A stretch of DNA of 64,000 bases from Deltaproteobacteria bacterium (GTDB lineage: Bacteria; Desulfobacterota; Deferrimicrobia; Deferrimicrobiales; Deferrimicrobiaceae): positions 15,523-79,522 of the forward strand of contig JACRCO010000053.1 of assembly GCA_016218975.1 (NCBI GenBank), written 5' to 3'. This document shows positions 1-8,716 of this stretch, piece after piece. The position numbers and the translations under genes are program-made. The notes below the pieces were generated by a model. It was not told the origin of the DNA and searched no databases. It saw only the letters and a list, made by a program, of their open reading frames with translations. Position 1 is the stretch's first letter. Each line of letters starts with the position of its first letter.

Positions 1-185
1 TCCGCCCCGGTACCCCCGGGCGCTCCTGCCAGCTGTAAATTGAAATAATACTTCGTCGCATCGGATGTAAAGCTCGATCCGACGATGTCCTGCCCCGGCG
101 TCAGCGCAGCATGGCATGGCAACGACGATAACGCCGGTAGAAAAATCGAAAACGCCAGGACAGTTTTCAGCAACGCGCGCAACAT
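1..185 (-). CDS. Partial secreted hypothetical protein; 5' end at ATG 185, continues past the window start
   Basis: Strong RBS AAAGGAGGT 7 nt upstream of ATG at 185. N-terminus MLRALLKTVLAFSIFLPALSSLPCHAA is signal-peptide-like. The frame stays open to position 1. Not in the ORF track because it has no in-window stop. Confidence 0.4.
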   Translation of the reverse strand, partial: MLRALLKTVLAFSIFLPALSSLPCHAALTPGQDIVGSSFTSDATKYYFNLQLAGAPGGTGA

Positions 186-449
186 GTGTTACCTCCTTTT
201 TTGGTGGTTTTACGACCACTTGTATATACTTTGTATACACGGTGAGAACACCGTCTCACCTGGTGAAATTAACGACAAGGATAGATAATCCACTGCGAAA
301 TATAAGCATTCCCGCGCCTTAACTTCACGCATGTCCATAATTCAGCAATACGTGTGCCGATAAGTTGCCAGGAACATTTATTGCTGTACCGGTGGGCTAT
401 CATTTATGATGGCCATGTAAACAGACGATTCGGAAGGTATGAGCGTATT

Positions 450-902
450 ATGAAAAGGTCGTTGCTTACCTGTGTGTTTGCCGTCCTGTGCCTCGTCATG
501 TCTGAATGGAATACCGCGAATTCGTTCCCACGACCGGGAAAGGATCCGCAATCCATGCAGGGATGGCCTATCGTTTCGGGAACGGTCAACTGTCGCGAAC
601 GCGCCGATCTTCCCCGAACGGCTATGGTCCACGTCGAACTTATCGATTTATCGCAGAAGGATCCGACGAAGGCGTTATTGGGAGAAGAGTCGATCTGGCC
701 CGCAGGAATAAAGTTGCCCGTCACCTTCCGGATTCCGTACGACCCTTCGCGGATCGATCCGTCGCACATCTACGTTTTGCGCGCACGCATCACAGATGGC
801 GAGAAGACCTTGTTCGTAAGCTCGTCGATGTCGTACGTACTGACCAGGGGAGCGCCGAACATCGCCGATATCGTTGTCGTGCGGGTGATGATCCGTTATT
901 GA
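450..902 (+). CDS. YbaY-like secreted protein
   Basis: ORF 354..902 trimmed to ATG 450 (MKRSLLTCVFAVLCLVMS signal peptide). Architecture GTV...VHVELIDLS...IYVLRARITDGEKTLFV resembles the YbaY family. Confidence 0.5.
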   Translation: MKRSLLTCVFAVLCLVMSEWNTANSFPRPGKDPQSMQGWPIVSGTVNCRERADLPRTAMVHVELIDLSQKDPTKALLGEESIWPAGIKLPVTFRIPYDPSRIDPSHIYVLRARITDGEKTLFVSSSMSYVLTRGAPNIADIVVVRVMIRY

Positions 903-1338
903 ACCTGGCTTTTTATCAGGCGGCCGTACGGCAGGTGGCCTGCATTTCCAATAACGAAATAGAAGCTGTTTTGGGGGAATTCCCCGATCCACTGGGGAAA
1001 ATCACCCAATAGTTCCGGTCGGATCGCATCCCGCCCGAGTATTTTCTTTCGCCCTTCCATGCAGTCCCCCTCATACGGGGTTTACGGTTCTTCCCGCCGG
1101 AACGATCCGGGAGCGTGTATGCAATCGTAATCATTATATTTAAGGCTTGGCATCTATAGATGAAGTCCGTTCAGGCAAAGCGAACGGCCTGATTTGTCAA
1201 AGGAAAATAACTTCCCTTCTTTCCCTAAAATATCGGCTCCAGGCGGGACATCGTTCCCGGGTATGCATCTTGCTGTTTCCGCTGGTCCTGAAGTTTTAAC
1301 TGCCGCGAGTTACTTCGCTTTTTCATTCATGAAGGGGG

Positions 1339-4300
1339 ATGCAGATGGGAACGTTCACCGGATTGGATCATGCCATGTCGAAACGAAAGCGACGGGGGTG
1401 GACAGACCCGGTCATGCCCTTGTGCCTCGTACTTCTCTTTCTGTCGGTTGCAACAGCGCACGCACAGACAGGCATCTTCTGCGGGCCGACGGGAAGCGAA
1501 GCGATCCGCACCGACAAGTACGAATACCAGCCCGGCGAAGATGTCTACATAACCGGCACGGGCTTCCAGCCGCGCTGCGACGTATACGTCCGTGTGACGC
1601 GACCCGACGGGAAGGTCATGAAGGGCGACGGCACAACAACGCCGGGGATGGATATCGCAACAACCGACGATTCGGGAAATTTCGTCTCCGTATATGTCCG
1701 CCAGGGCAATTCCATCTCCGGGGAACACGTGGTCGATGTTCTGGACGGCGAAATAAACGTCGTCTCGTACTCCATCTTTTACAATCCCGAGCCTCCTGCG
1801 CCTCTCGCATGCCCCTTTACGGTCGATCCTTCGATCCCCGCGGACAACCTGGACGCGAGCACCTTCAAGACGATACAGTCCGCCGTCACCTATCTGCCCA
1901 ACCCCGGACCCTGCACGATCGAAGTGCTCCCCGGAACGTACGACGAGTTCGTAAACCTCGTAACGAAAAATACCGCCGCGGCCGACGAATCGCAGAGGAT
2001 CACGCTCGAAGCGCCGTACGGACCCGTCATCGTTGCCCCGAAAGTCCTGAATTCCGTCGGTTTCACATTGACCAATTCGAAATACATAACGATAACCGGC
2101 TTCACTGTGAAGGGAAGCAGCGTCCACAGAGGGATTTCGCTTAGCGGCGCAACCGGAAACTCCAACTGGGACATATCCATCGACGGGAATTTCCTGCAGG
2201 AAATCGGCACGCCTTCGGCCGCAGGGTCCGCCGGCATCGCGGTAGGATCGGGAAATCCGCGCACCTGGATAACCAACAACCTGATCAGGAACAACGCCAG
2301 GGGCGGCATCGACATTTCCAACGGGTCGGGCCCGACGTACATCGTCAACAACACGATTCACGGAAACGGATGGAACGGGATAACGCGGGCTTCCGGATCC
2401 GGAACCAATGCCGTGGCATCCATGATCAACAACCTGGTAACCGGCAACGGAGCCGCCGCGGACGTGGCATGGGGCAGGTGGGGGATTTACCAGTCCGGCA
2501 CCGGCAACGCCGCCCAGGCGACACTCCGGAACAACATGTTTTTCTACAACGGAGCTTACTCGGGAGGTGCGTTGTCCAGCGGCGGAGACATCTCGACCGC
2601 AGGGCTGCTCGATTCCACCGATTGGGACAATTACACGACGAACGGGCGCGCTTCCAGTTCATCCAGTCCGGCGACGGGCATCGCGGGGTGCATCTTCACG
2701 GACTGCTACCCATCCCACCTCTTCACGGAAATATATTCGGACACGGTGGATTACGTCCCGCTGAAGACCGCTTCCCTGTTATCGCCCGCCGTAGACAAGG
2801 GGCTTAACTCTTTCTACGACTCGGGATATGAATGGGTTCCGGCAGTCGATCTTTACGGCGGCCCCCGCGTACTGGACGGAGACGGGAACGGGACGGCCAT
2901 CGCGGACATGGGTTATTGCGAGGCTCCCGGAACCGATACGGCCCCGCCGGATACGATCATCGACAGCGGGCCTTCGGGGAGCGTAAATACGACATCGGCG
3001 ACTTTCACTTTCCATGCGACGGAACCCGGCAGCACGTTCCTGTGCAGCCTGGACGGCGGCGCGGAAGCCGCCTGCAACACCCGCTCCGCGAGCTACGGCG
3101 GCTTGACGGAAGGCAGCCACACTTTCTCGGTCCGGGCGACCGACGGTTCGGGAAACGCGGACCCGGATCCGGCGATCCGCACATGGACGGTCGATACGAC
3201 GCCTCCCGACACGATTATCGACACCGCTCCTCCATCGCCGGGAGGAGATACCGCCGCCTTTACGTTCCGCGCGACCGAGAGCGGAAGCACGTTCGAGTGC
3301 GGGATCGACGGCGGGCCGTTTACCGCCTGCACCAGCCCGAAATCGTATTCCGGACTGGCGGACGGCGGCCACAACTTCCAGGTGCGCGCAAAGGATCCGG
3401 CAGGCAACACCGACGCTTCGCCCGCCGTTTTTACCTGGACGGTGAACAACTTCCCCGATACTTTCATTACGATAAGTCCCCCGGCTATTTCCGGCAGCGG
3501 CAGCGCCGCATTCTATTTCACCGGGACCAAGGCGGGATCCAGCTTCGAGTGCAGCCTCGATGCCGCCGTTTTTGCGCCCTGTTCGAGCCCGGCAACCTGG
3601 TCCGGCTTGCAGGACGGCAGCCACTCGTTCTCCGTCAGGGCGATCGACGGAGCGGGCAAGATCGATCCGACTCCCGCAGCTTTCTCCTGGACGATCGACA
3701 CGGTTGCGCCGGACACGATCATCGACAGCGGCCCGGCCGATCCGGCCAACCTGCTGAGCGCGACCTTCACGTTCCGCTCGACCGAAGCCGGCGGCACGTT
3801 CGATTGCAGCCTTGACGGGGAAACGTTTTCAGCGTGTTCAAGCCCTAAAAGCTACATCGGTCTCGCTTCGGGGCCCCATACCTTCCAGGCAAGGGCAAAG
3901 GACGCGGCGGGCAACGCCGATCCATCGCCCGCCGTATCGAGCTTCAACTGGAGCGTCGACACGTCCACACTGACGGTCGTGACGGACGTGACGAAAACCT
4001 ACCAACCATATAACCAGGTGATTTACCTGACGGCCGCGATCAGTTCCTCCGCCGGACAGGTGAACGAAGGAAACGTGGTCTTCACGGTTAGGAACGCGTC
4101 ATCCACCGTGTTGGGGCCGATAACCTCGCCGCCGGTTTCCGGGGGAATCGCCACGACTTATACTATCCTTCCCGCCGGCACGCCTGCGGGCATCTACACT
4201 ATGGAAGCCAGGTACAGCGGCGGCCCTACATTCAAACCAGGCGTCGGGAACGGCGTACTGATCGTCAACCCGTGGCCCGCCACGATCACGTTGAGCAACC

Positions 4301-6423
4301 TGACCCGGAACTACGACGGCACGCCGAAGCAGGCAACCGTAACCACGAACCCGCCGGGGATCGCCGTCTCGGTGACATACGACGGCTCCGCATCTCCGCC
4401 GATAAACCCCGGCAGCTATGCGGTCGTGGCGTCCCTGGCCGATCCGAACTATGCGGGCCCGAATGCCGGCGGCGTGCTGAACATAATAGGGATGGCCGTT
4501 CCGGCGATTTCCTGGAACAACCCGGCGGACATCGTCTACCCGACTCCGTTGAGCAGCCTTCAGATGAACGCTTCCGCCGACGTTCCCGGCGCCTTCACCT
4601 ATGCGCCGTCCGCCGGAACGGTGCTCGATGCCGGCACGTCGCAGAGTCTGAGGGTCGATTTCGCGCCGGTGGACACCGCGAACTATATCGCCACATTCAA
4701 GGTCGTTTCGATCAACGTCCTGAAAGGAAGCCAGGCGATAAACTTCGGTCCTTTGGCGGACAAGGCATTCGGAGCCCCGGACTTCAACGTAACCGCGACC
4801 TCTTCATCGAACCTTCCCGTTACATTCGCCGCGAGCGGAAGCTGCACCGTCTCCGGGAACACTGTCGCCATAACGGGGGCGGGCTCATGCACCGTGACCG
4901 CATACCAGGCGGGAGACGCCAATTACAACCCCGCGCCTGAGTCGGCACAATTCTTCGACATCGCGAAGGCAACGGCGACGATTTCATTGGCCGGCCTTGC
5001 CCAGGTTTACGACGGCTCTCCCAAACCCGTCACCGCCTCCACCGATCCTCCCGGAGCGGGTTTCGTCGATATGACATATGACGGCCTGCCGGCGGCTCCG
5101 GCGGAAGCGGGCAGCCATACCTTAGTCGCATCGCTTGCAAGTTCGAATTACGAGGCTCCTGATGTCACCGCCACATTGCTGATTCTGAGGGCGGAGGCCG
5201 GCCAGGACCAGACGGCTGCCGAAAACAGCGGTGAGGTATCCATAGGCAGCGCGGCGAGCTTCGGAACGGTGTATGAATGGATCCAGCTTGCAGGGCCGCC
5301 CGCGGCGTTGAGCGATCCGGCGATTCCGTCCCCTTCCATTTTCGTTCCGTCGCTTGAAGGAGGCTTCGGATCTCAAGTCGTAACGTTCCGGTTGTCGGTG
5401 AGCGGCGGGGGCCTGTCGACATCGGATACGGTCAATATCACCGTCGTAAACGTCAATCACTCCCCCGTGGCCGAAACCGGCGGCGACCAGACCGTGAACG
5501 AAGACGCCGTCGTGACGCTCTCGGGAACCCATAGCTACGATCCCGACGGAGATACCGTCTCGTATCGATGGGTACAGACCGGCGGGCCTGCGGTGGCGAT
5601 CGCCGACGGAGATTCCGAATCCGTATCTTTCATGGCGCCATCGGTTCCCGGCGGCATCGGAGGGCGGGCCGTGTTGGCGTTCCAGCTCACCGTTTCGGAC
5701 GGCGAGCTCTCCGATACGGAAAACGTCGTCGTAACCGTCGAACAGGTCAACCACGTCCCGACTGCCGACGCGGGCGCGGACATGACCGTCAACGAAGGCA
5801 GTGAAGTTACGCTGAACGGCTCAGGCGCCGATCCGGACGGGGATTCCCTGGCCTATCGCTGGACGCAGACCGGCGGACCGGCCGTCGTCTTGACGGATAT
5901 CCAAAGCGCTTATCCATCCTTCACGGCGCCGCTCACGGGGCCGGGAGGCGCCACGCTGGCGTTCAGTCTCGTCACGAGCGACGGGGCTGCCGAAAGCATC
6001 CCGGACACGGTTACGGTCGCGATTCTCAACATCAACGATCCTCCGGTATGCAACCTTGCCCGTGCGAATCCGGAACTTCTCTGGCCGCCGAACCACAAGC
6101 TCGTCGAGGTCGGAATCACGGGTGTAAACGATTCCAACAACGATTCCGTGAAAATTACCGTAACAGGCGTCATGCAGGACGAGCCGGTGAACGGCCTCGG
6201 GGACGGAGACACGGGTCCGGATGCCGTCTTGCAGGGAGATAAGGCGCTGTTGCGCGCGGAACGGTCGGGAAGCGGGAACGGAAGGGTTTACAGGGTCGAC
6301 TTCGTGGCGGAGGACAATAACGGAGGATCGTGCACGGGATCGGTCCGCGTGACCGTTCCACAGAACATGGGGCGGGGAAAAACCGCGACCGACGACGGCC
6401 AGTCCTATGTATCGACGAACTAA
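1339..6423 (+). CDS. Giant secreted protein (about 1,690 aa): N-terminal right-handed beta-helix (NosD/pectate-lyase-like), four tandem ~86-aa Cys-pair domains, Ig/MBG-like and cadherin-like (VCBS/PKD-like) repeats
   Basis: Long ORF with RBS GAAGGGGG just upstream (best spaced for the second ATG at 1345). Signal peptide MSKRKRRGW..LFLSVATAHA. Beta-helix signatures (NNLIRNNARGGIDISNG, NNTIHGNGWNGI). Repeated DTII..TFTF..GSTF.C.LDGG..C.SP.SY.GL.DG.H.F.VRA.D..GN.D.SPA. Later repeats NHSPVAETGGDQTVNEDAVVTLSG..DPDGD. Confidence 0.85.
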   Translation: MQMGTFTGLDHAMSKRKRRGWTDPVMPLCLVLLFLSVATAHAQTGIFCGPTGSEAIRTDKYEYQPGEDVYITGTGFQPRCDVYVRVTRPDGKVMKGDGTTTPGMDIATTDDSGNFVSVYVRQGNSISGEHVVDVLDGEINVVSYSIFYNPEPPAPLACPFTVDPSIPADNLDASTFKTIQSAVTYLPNPGPCTIEVLPGTYDEFVNLVTKNTAAADESQRITLEAPYGPVIVAPKVLNSVGFTLTNSKYITITGFTVKGSSVHRGISLSGATGNSNWDISIDGNFLQEIGTPSAAGSAGIAVGSGNPRTWITNNLIRNNARGGIDISNGSGPTYIVNNTIHGNGWNGITRASGSGTNAVASMINNLVTGNGAAADVAWGRWGIYQSGTGNAAQATLRNNMFFYNGAYSGGALSSGGDISTAGLLDSTDWDNYTTNGRASSSSSPATGIAGCIFTDCYPSHLFTEIYSDTVDYVPLKTASLLSPAVDKGLNSFYDSGYEWVPAVDLYGGPRVLDGDGNGTAIADMGYCEAPGTDTAPPDTIIDSGPSGSVNTTSATFTFHATEPGSTFLCSLDGGAEAACNTRSASYGGLTEGSHTFSVRATDGSGNADPDPAIRTWTVDTTPPDTIIDTAPPSPGGDTAAFTFRATESGSTFECGIDGGPFTACTSPKSYSGLADGGHNFQVRAKDPAGNTDASPAVFTWTVNNFPDTFITISPPAISGSGSAAFYFTGTKAGSSFECSLDAAVFAPCSSPATWSGLQDGSHSFSVRAIDGAGKIDPTPAAFSWTIDTVAPDTIIDSGPADPANLLSATFTFRSTEAGGTFDCSLDGETFSACSSPKSYIGLASGPHTFQARAKDAAGNADPSPAVSSFNWSVDTSTLTVVTDVTKTYQPYNQVIYLTAAISSSAGQVNEGNVVFTVRNASSTVLGPITSPPVSGGIATTYTILPAGTPAGIYTMEARYSGGPTFKPGVGNGVLIVNPWPATITLSNLTRNYDGTPKQATVTTNPPGIAVSVTYDGSASPPINPGSYAVVASLADPNYAGPNAGGVLNIIGMAVPAISWNNPADIVYPTPLSSLQMNASADVPGAFTYAPSAGTVLDAGTSQSLRVDFAPVDTANYIATFKVVSINVLKGSQAINFGPLADKAFGAPDFNVTATSSSNLPVTFAASGSCTVSGNTVAITGAGSCTVTAYQAGDANYNPAPESAQFFDIAKATATISLAGLAQVYDGSPKPVTASTDPPGAGFVDMTYDGLPAAPAEAGSHTLVASLASSNYEAPDVTATLLILRAEAGQDQTAAENSGEVSIGSAASFGTVYEWIQLAGPPAALSDPAIPSPSIFVPSLEGGFGSQVVTFRLSVSGGGLSTSDTVNITVVNVNHSPVAETGGDQTVNEDAVVTLSGTHSYDPDGDTVSYRWVQTGGPAVAIADGDSESVSFMAPSVPGGIGGRAVLAFQLTVSDGELSDTENVVVTVEQVNHVPTADAGADMTVNEGSEVTLNGSGADPDGDSLAYRWTQTGGPAVVLTDIQSAYPSFTAPLTGPGGATLAFSLVTSDGAAESIPDTVTVAILNINDPPVCNLARANPELLWPPNHKLVEVGITGVNDSNNDSVKITVTGVMQDEPVNGLGDGDTGPDAVLQGDKALLRAERSGSGNGRVYRVDFVAEDNNGGSCTGSVRVTVPQNMGRGKTATDDGQSYVSTN
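2941..3966 (+). repeat. Four tandem ~255-270 bp coding repeats inside the giant secreted protein gene
   Basis: Protein-level repeat units start at about 2941, 3199, 3448 and 3703. Each encodes a PDTIID...TFTF...C...C...VRA.D..GN.D module. Confidence 0.7.
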
Positions 6424-6470
6424 GCGCTCAGGCTATTAACGACTGCAACTCGCAGTGGAGGAGCGAGCCG

Positions 6471-6506
6471 CCTCGCGGGGTGCCCCTCGCGGGGTACCCC
6501 GCGAGG
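6471..6506. terminator. GC-rich palindrome between convergent genes (possible bidirectional terminator)
   Basis: cctcgcgggg-ta-ccccgcgagg is a perfect 10-bp inverted repeat at 6485..6506, preceded by a direct copy of cctcgcgggg (6471..6480). Lies between the + gene ending 6423 and the - gene ending 6524. No clear U-tract. Confidence 0.35.
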
Positions 6507-6523
6507 CGTGCATAGCACCTCCC

Positions 6524-7426
6524 CTACTCGACGATCGTGAACGCCTCGACCCGGTTGTTCCCACGGTCCGCGATGAAGACGTTGCCGATTTCGTTGACGC
6601 ACATGTGTGCGGGGTAGCGGAGAAAGCCGTCTTTCCATCCCATGCTCAAACGCCGTCCGCGCACTGCGCCGTCTTGCCCGAGGATAAGAATGCCGCCGCC
6701 GTTCTGGTCCACCAGGTAGATGTTGCCCCTCCCGTCCGCGGCGATCGAAACCGGGAAATACGCGTCCTCCTTCAGGCTGGCCGATAACGGCAAAACGGCC
6801 GCGGAATCTTTCGCCGCCTTGTACACTCTCCCCTGCACGCTGTCTACCAGGAGGATGTTCCCGCCCGAATCGACGGCAAGATCGGAGAAGAAACCGTACT
6901 CCTTCGGGAACGGGATCTGGCGCTGCATCTTGCCCGCGGGATCGAGCACCAGTATCCGGGCTGAAAACACGTCGAGAACGAAGAGGTTGTCGTTTTTATC
7001 GATCCGGAAGCTCCTCGGCACGACAGCGCCTTGGACATCGCCCGAAACGGCGATGTACCCCTGGAACTCGCCCGAGGGAGAAATGCGGGCGATCCTGCGC
7101 ACCTTCCCGTCGAGAACGAAGATCTCACCCCTGGAATTCGCCTCCGCCCGGATGGGATTGGGCAATTGGGGCAGAACGATTTCGGCTCCCGGGGTCCAGC
7201 TCCCTTCCGACATCGCGTACCGCAGGATCCGGCCGTTCCCGGTATCGGCTACAAGCAGGGATCCGCCCCTGCAGCCGACGCCTTCGGGAAGCTTGATCCC
7301 CGCTCCCTTGCCGTCCACGTAAACTGGAGCGTTCATCCTGAATTTGACGGCCTCCGCGGCATGGCCGTCGGCGCCCGCGGCAAGGAGCACCGCCGCGAAC
7401 AGGGCCGCTTTCGGTATATTCCGCAT
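6524..7426 (-). CDS. NHL-repeat protein, secreted
   Basis: ORF 6524..7690 trimmed to ATG 7426 (MRNIPKAALFAAVLLAAGADGHA signal peptide). Repeated NHL-like blades (GNIYLVDQNGGGILILG, GNVFIADRGNNRVEAF). Confidence 0.8.
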   Translation of the reverse strand: MRNIPKAALFAAVLLAAGADGHAAEAVKFRMNAPVYVDGKGAGIKLPEGVGCRGGSLLVADTGNGRILRYAMSEGSWTPGAEIVLPQLPNPIRAEANSRGEIFVLDGKVRRIARISPSGEFQGYIAVSGDVQGAVVPRSFRIDKNDNLFVLDVFSARILVLDPAGKMQRQIPFPKEYGFFSDLAVDSGGNILLVDSVQGRVYKAAKDSAAVLPLSASLKEDAYFPVSIAADGRGNIYLVDQNGGGILILGQDGAVRGRRLSMGWKDGFLRYPAHMCVNEIGNVFIADRGNNRVEAFTIVE

Positions 7427-7431
7427 CCTGG

Positions 7432-8703
7432 TCACCTCTTGTATTTCTCGTGGCACTGAACGCAAAGATCCATCTTTATGTCGTAATGCACGAACCGCTT
7501 GTGCCCGGAGCCGTGGTTGCTGTGGCAGCTCTCGCAATCCATGCCGAGATTCCTGTTCCGCTTGTCGACCACCTTTTCGCCGATGGGATGGCTTGAGTGC
7601 TTCTGCCAGTCGTGGCACGCGCCGCACACGTTGATCGTGCTCGCGTTGTCCATAAGGAAAACGGAATTGGATGAGTGCGGCCTGTGGCACTTGGTGCAGT
7701 TACCCTCCTGAACGGGCTTGTGCTTTGTGAGGGATTTCTCCTGCTTCTCGATGGTATCGCGGTGGCATTCGCCGCACAGGGCCAGTTGGGGGCCTTTAAG
7801 AAGTGCGCTTTCCTTCGAGGCGTGCGGGTTGTGGCAATTCCCGCATGAGTTCCTGTCAAGCACGGGCCAGTGCATCCGGTTCCTGCCGAACGTCTCGTTC
7901 ATCATGTTGTTGTGGCATCCCCGGCAAAGTTCGTACCCGGCCTTCCTGGTCTTCAGCGCATCGGGGGAAGCCGCATCCTGGTGGCACTGGCTGCACATTT
8001 TATTGACGACCGGCTGGTGCCCTTTCCCGAGGAACATCCCCCGGCTGCCGGACCCGTGCGGGTCGTGGCACGATGTGCACCGCGATTTCGCCACGGGATA
8101 TCCCATATGCTGCTTTCCGAAGGATGGGGTTTCCGTCCTGTGGCATTTGACGCATATGCCCGGGACGTCTTCCTTGAGCAATGCCCGGGCATTAGATGAC
8201 GCATGGGGGTTATGGCAGTTGAGGCATCCCTTCTCCACGGGACTGTGCTTGAATTTGTTCCCGGCCACCGCCTTCGCGACGCTTTCATGGCAGCCGAAGC
8301 ACAGCTCGTTGCCCGCCCGCAGAAGGTTGTTCCTGTTCGCGGCCGCATGGGGGTCATGGCATTTTACGCAATTCCCCTCGACCGCCGGCCTGTGGGCGCT
8401 CGGCGCCTTGTCCGGAACGATCCCGTCGTGGCAGGAAAAACAGATCTTCTTCACGTCGTCCGCAAGGAGCTTTCCATGGGTGGAAGTGTGCGGATTGTGG
8501 CAGTCGGAGCAATCTCCCTTCTTTACCGGCGTGTGGAGAAACGGGAGCTTAAGCTTGTCCTTGAAGGTTTCGTGGCAGGTCACGCAGACTTTACCTTTCG
8601 CCCCCGGCTTGAGGCGGAACTTGTCCTGGGAGTGCGACAGGGAGACCGCCCCCAGGGATACGATCGCAAGGAGAACCAGTGCGAATTTGGTTCGAAGCGT
8701 CAT
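7432..8703 (-). CDS. Multiheme cytochrome c, 16 CxxCH motifs
   Basis: ORF trimmed to ATG 8703 (MTLRTKFALVLLAIVSLGAVSLS signal peptide). I counted 16 CxxCH motifs with regular c7-like spacing. Confidence 0.9.
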   Translation of the reverse strand: MTLRTKFALVLLAIVSLGAVSLSHSQDKFRLKPGAKGKVCVTCHETFKDKLKLPFLHTPVKKGDCSDCHNPHTSTHGKLLADDVKKICFSCHDGIVPDKAPSAHRPAVEGNCVKCHDPHAAANRNNLLRAGNELCFGCHESVAKAVAGNKFKHSPVEKGCLNCHNPHASSNARALLKEDVPGICVKCHRTETPSFGKQHMGYPVAKSRCTSCHDPHGSGSRGMFLGKGHQPVVNKMCSQCHQDAASPDALKTRKAGYELCRGCHNNMMNETFGRNRMHWPVLDRNSCGNCHNPHASKESALLKGPQLALCGECHRDTIEKQEKSLTKHKPVQEGNCTKCHRPHSSNSVFLMDNASTINVCGACHDWQKHSSHPIGEKVVDKRNRNLGMDCESCHSNHGSGHKRFVHYDIKMDLCVQCHEKYKR

Positions 8704-8716
8704 GTCTTCTCCTCTG

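Noticed and set aside
85-322. Small plus-strand ORFs 85..288 and 116..322
   Set aside because: They overlap the better-supported minus-strand partial gene (strong RBS, signal peptide) and have no RBS or coding-like composition.
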